Source of the DNA: Leidyana gryllorum EB-2025a | Taxonomy: Eukaryota; Protista; Apicomplexa | Direction of reading: 5' to 3' | Assembly: GCA_048772705.1 (NCBI GenBank) | Contig: JBLWGC010000104.1 | Span: 1,205,394 to 1,269,393, forward strand | Length of the DNA: 64,000 nt | In this document: positions 61,577-64,000 of the stretch, in pieces | Layout of the letters: every line of letters starts with the position of its first letter | Numbering within the stretch: position 1 is the first letter of the stretch | Made by a program: the position numbers and the translations under genes | Notes under the pieces: generated by a model | What the model was told of the DNA's origin: nothing | Database searches by the model: none | The model's input: only the letters and a program-made list of their open reading frames with translations

Positions 61577-61796
61577 TCGAATTGTATCTCAGATTTGTAC
61601 CAATACATCTGTCTAACTCTTAGAAAAGCCTCGCCGCTCACGTGTTTATGCGCACTTACACACGGCATCTGTGTGTTAGCCCTCCTATCACTATCAGACT
61701 GGTGGCAGATCTCATCAGTCGTTCGAGAGACGTCTCTAAGACTGCGACTGTGTGACCGAACTATGAGTAAGGTGACAGGAGGGTTGTTGGAGAACT

Positions 61797-63500
61797 TTAA
61801 GCAGCAACAGACAGATCAGTGATTGCGTGTGCATAGTACTCAGCCTCATCTGTGACTTGCTGAATGGTACAACGGAGGCTCGGCGACTCGCACCCTCCGC
61901 ATTTCTCGTCTGCCGTCTCTTCCTCGATCGCATCGGGGACGAGGCTCGCGGATGTCTGCTCGAGGCCGCGGATTATGTCCGGTGAGAGGACACTGCTCCG
62001 CGTATAGAAAGAGATCGATTTTGACACATCAGCCGAAAGGCACTTCGCCCGAATTGAACACCGGCCGTAGATATCGATATTTATGGTGAACTCCACTCCA
62101 GTCTCACCAGCAGGAGCTGCGGGTAAATCCTTGAGCTCCAGCTTGCAAATCTGAGTGTTGGCAATCAATTGAGCACAATCCCCTTCGTAATATAGTGAAA
62201 GCATCGAAGTTTGATTGGAGTCCCCTGTTCTCCGAACCACTCTACGGAAAGCCGGCAGACGAGTGTTCCGAGGAAAGAGAACCCAAAAATATTGACCTGC
62301 CAGGCTCCGCGCATCGGTCCCGAATGGCAGGACAGTGTGAGGGTCTCCGTGCAGTGAGTGAAGTATCTTCGCTTGGGAAGCGGCACCATAGACGACTGAT
62401 TCTTGCGCTTCTCCTGAGTCCCAAATATCCACATTGGCCCCTTCGAAGGCGGCTTTCAGCAACAGTTTGATTAGTCTCATACGAGAGCCGCCACCGAGCA
62501 GTATCACTCTTTTCACCCCGGCCTTTGAGACCGAGGCCCTTTCCAAGACATTGAGAACCGCTTGGACGCACTTCGTGGCAAACTTCCGGCAGAGATCATC
62601 GTACTCTTCAGCCGTAATACCGACCTGACATCTAATTTCACGGACCTCAAAGTGAACCTGCGTGCGGTCTGACGTGGTCAACGCCTCTTTCGCACTCTCG
62701 CAGTGCAATCGAAGGGAGCGGTACAGCTCAGCGGCCGAGGTGACTTGAGACTTCACTCGATCATTGAGATGCCTCAGACACTTATTCATGAGAGATTGGG
62801 TTATGGTCTCGCCGTCATCCATTGAGCCAGTGTGTGTTGCGTAGGTGAGGAAGTCCTCACCAGAACGGCGGAGAAACCACACTTTCAGTGAAACTCCAAC
62901 GTCGCAAAAGAGAACATTGGCGAGTCCCCTTTTCGGTAGATCGTTCAATAAGCGTTGAGAGTACGTGAGTCCACAGGCGTCACGCTCGGACAAAGTTTTG
63001 CGGATTGTCAGGCCCGCAATTTGGCCAGCGGCCTCTATGGCTCGAATACCATCTGTACGAAAGTTCAGGGGAACCGTCACCACCGCTTCAGATACTTTGC
63101 ACTTCAGATAGTCTCCGGCCGCTTTTTTGATGCACCGAAAGATCACAGCCAGTATTTCTTCTGGCCGGTAGTGTGTGACTTTGCCACAAGACTTCATTTC
63201 GATGTGAAAGTTGTCTTCGAAACCTCGGATGAGCTCAAATTCCTGCCGAGTCGCCTCGTGCCACTGCATCGCCTCATCATATTTGAGACCAATAAAACCT
63301 CGGATATCACACACGGTGTTTTCAGGAGGTGCTTTGAGGGCATCGACTCCAACAACGACACCTTCGTCGGTGAAAGCCACGATATTCAGAAGTTTATCGG
63401 CGCCCAATATCGGGATCACTTCGGGTTTCTCCCTTCTGAGAATCGCTGCGGAAGAATAACGGAGGCCGAAATCGATACCAATGATTCGATTCTCTGTCAT
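61797..63500 (-). CDS. Divergent Hsp70-like protein, array copy 9
   Basis: GIDFG, PEEILA, AVVTVP, CESAKEAL, LLGGGSRM, PRNTRLP, TGDSNQTS, YEGD, LPAAPAG. Confidence 0.88.
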   Translation of the reverse strand: MTENRIIGIDFGLRYSSAAILRREKPEVIPILGADKLLNIVAFTDEGVVVGVDALKAPPENTVCDIRGFIGLKYDEAMQWHEATRQEFELIRGFEDNFHIEMKSCGKVTHYRPEEILAVIFRCIKKAAGDYLKCKVSEAVVTVPLNFRTDGIRAIEAAGQIAGLTIRKTLSERDACGLTYSQRLLNDLPKRGLANVLFCDVGVSLKVWFLRRSGEDFLTYATHTGSMDDGETITQSLMNKCLRHLNDRVKSQVTSAAELYRSLRLHCESAKEALTTSDRTQVHFEVREIRCQVGITAEEYDDLCRKFATKCVQAVLNVLERASVSKAGVKRVILLGGGSRMRLIKLLLKAAFEGANVDIWDSGEAQESVVYGAASQAKILHSLHGDPHTVLPFGTDARSLAGQYFWVLFPRNTRLPAFRRVVRRTGDSNQTSMLSLYYEGDCAQLIANTQICKLELKDLPAAPAGETGVEFTINIDIYGRCSIRAKCLSADVSKSISFYTRSSVLSPDIIRGLEQTSASLVPDAIEEETADEKCGGCESPSLRCTIQQVTDEAEYYAHAITDLSVAA

Positions 63501-64000
63501 TTATTGTTTATTCTCCAGTGTGATGGCGGAAGGACCCTTTGCCGTCACTGATGGTGTGGGTCTGTTGAGAGTGCGATTGGGAGCACTTTGTGCTCTGTCT
63601 GGATTCAGTCTGTAGTACGAACCTGTCGACACCAGCGGAATGTTGGTTGCGGTTGTCAGCTAGTTGGAGCAAGAAGAAGGGGGCGCGAAACGAAAAGCCA
63701 ATGTTCAGAGTTTGAGATATTTTTGTCCAACGGTAAGGGCACCGGCTGCGAGTCATCGGTTCGGTCGTCGGAAGGAAGAAGCGAATGGAAGCATCACGGA
63801 AGAGACATAGACTGAATTGGGGAGCAGACCACACAGTGAGTGTTGTTCGGACAAACGGGGCTCATCCCCATTCGGGACATCTCAAGCGATATCCACGAGA
63901 TATTGTTGGTCCAACACCGCATTTAGTCATTCCATAGCAGCTGGGTTGGCAATCAGAGAGTGCCATCTCCCGGTACTCGAGTACTGGCAGCGGGTCTCGG

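Noticed and set aside
46709-63500. Endogenous viral (closterovirus Hsp70h or giant virus) insertion
   Set aside because: No viral hallmark genes are present, and copy 1 resembles eukaryotic cytosolic Hsp70. A lack of introns is common for Hsp70.
22577-63500. Functional proteostasis cluster (SEM1, CCT5, PA200, Hsp70s)
   Set aside because: These genes are interspersed with unrelated ones, and chance co-location is likely in such a dense genome.
63508-64000. A tenth Hsp70 copy at the window edge
   Set aside because: The minus-strand translations examined show neither Hsp70 motifs nor the C-terminal module.
1-64000. Many overlapping or antisense ORFs in the track; tRNA/rRNA genes; alternative genetic code
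   Set aside because: The shadow ORFs lie opposite well-supported genes. No tRNA or rRNA signature was spotted by eye, and breaks in conserved genes resolve as ordinary introns under the standard code.

Overview
Gene-dense eukaryotic DNA in the standard code, with many short (~40-60 nt) GT-AG introns and intergenic gaps often only 15-60 bp. The gene content suggests a compact parasitic alveolate such as an apicomplexan or gregarine; this is inference only. Positions 1-46.6 kb hold housekeeping and lineage-specific genes: an AAA ATPase (3' part), a GPI-type S1/P1 nuclease, a TBC Rab-GAP, a synaptojanin-like SAC1/5-phosphatase, LUC7, BUB3, a degenerate prolyl-4-hydroxylase-like protein, an oxalate-CoA-ligase-like enzyme, a spliced SEM1/DSS1 missed by the ORF track, CCT5, PA200/Blm10, a convergent pair of degenerate HNH/His-Me-finger paralogs, SerRS, a FUSC/ALMT-like membrane protein and several secreted proteins. 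Positions 46.7-63.5 kb hold the most striking feature: a head-to-tail array of nine divergent Hsp70-like copies with intronless coding regions (seven open, two broken). They share loss of ATPase and allostery motifs and have variable substrate-binding regions. Most also carry a short C-terminal CxxC-x5-C...Q..DE..HY module in place of the lid and EEVD. Exon boundaries were read by eye, so gene ends are more reliable than some starts.
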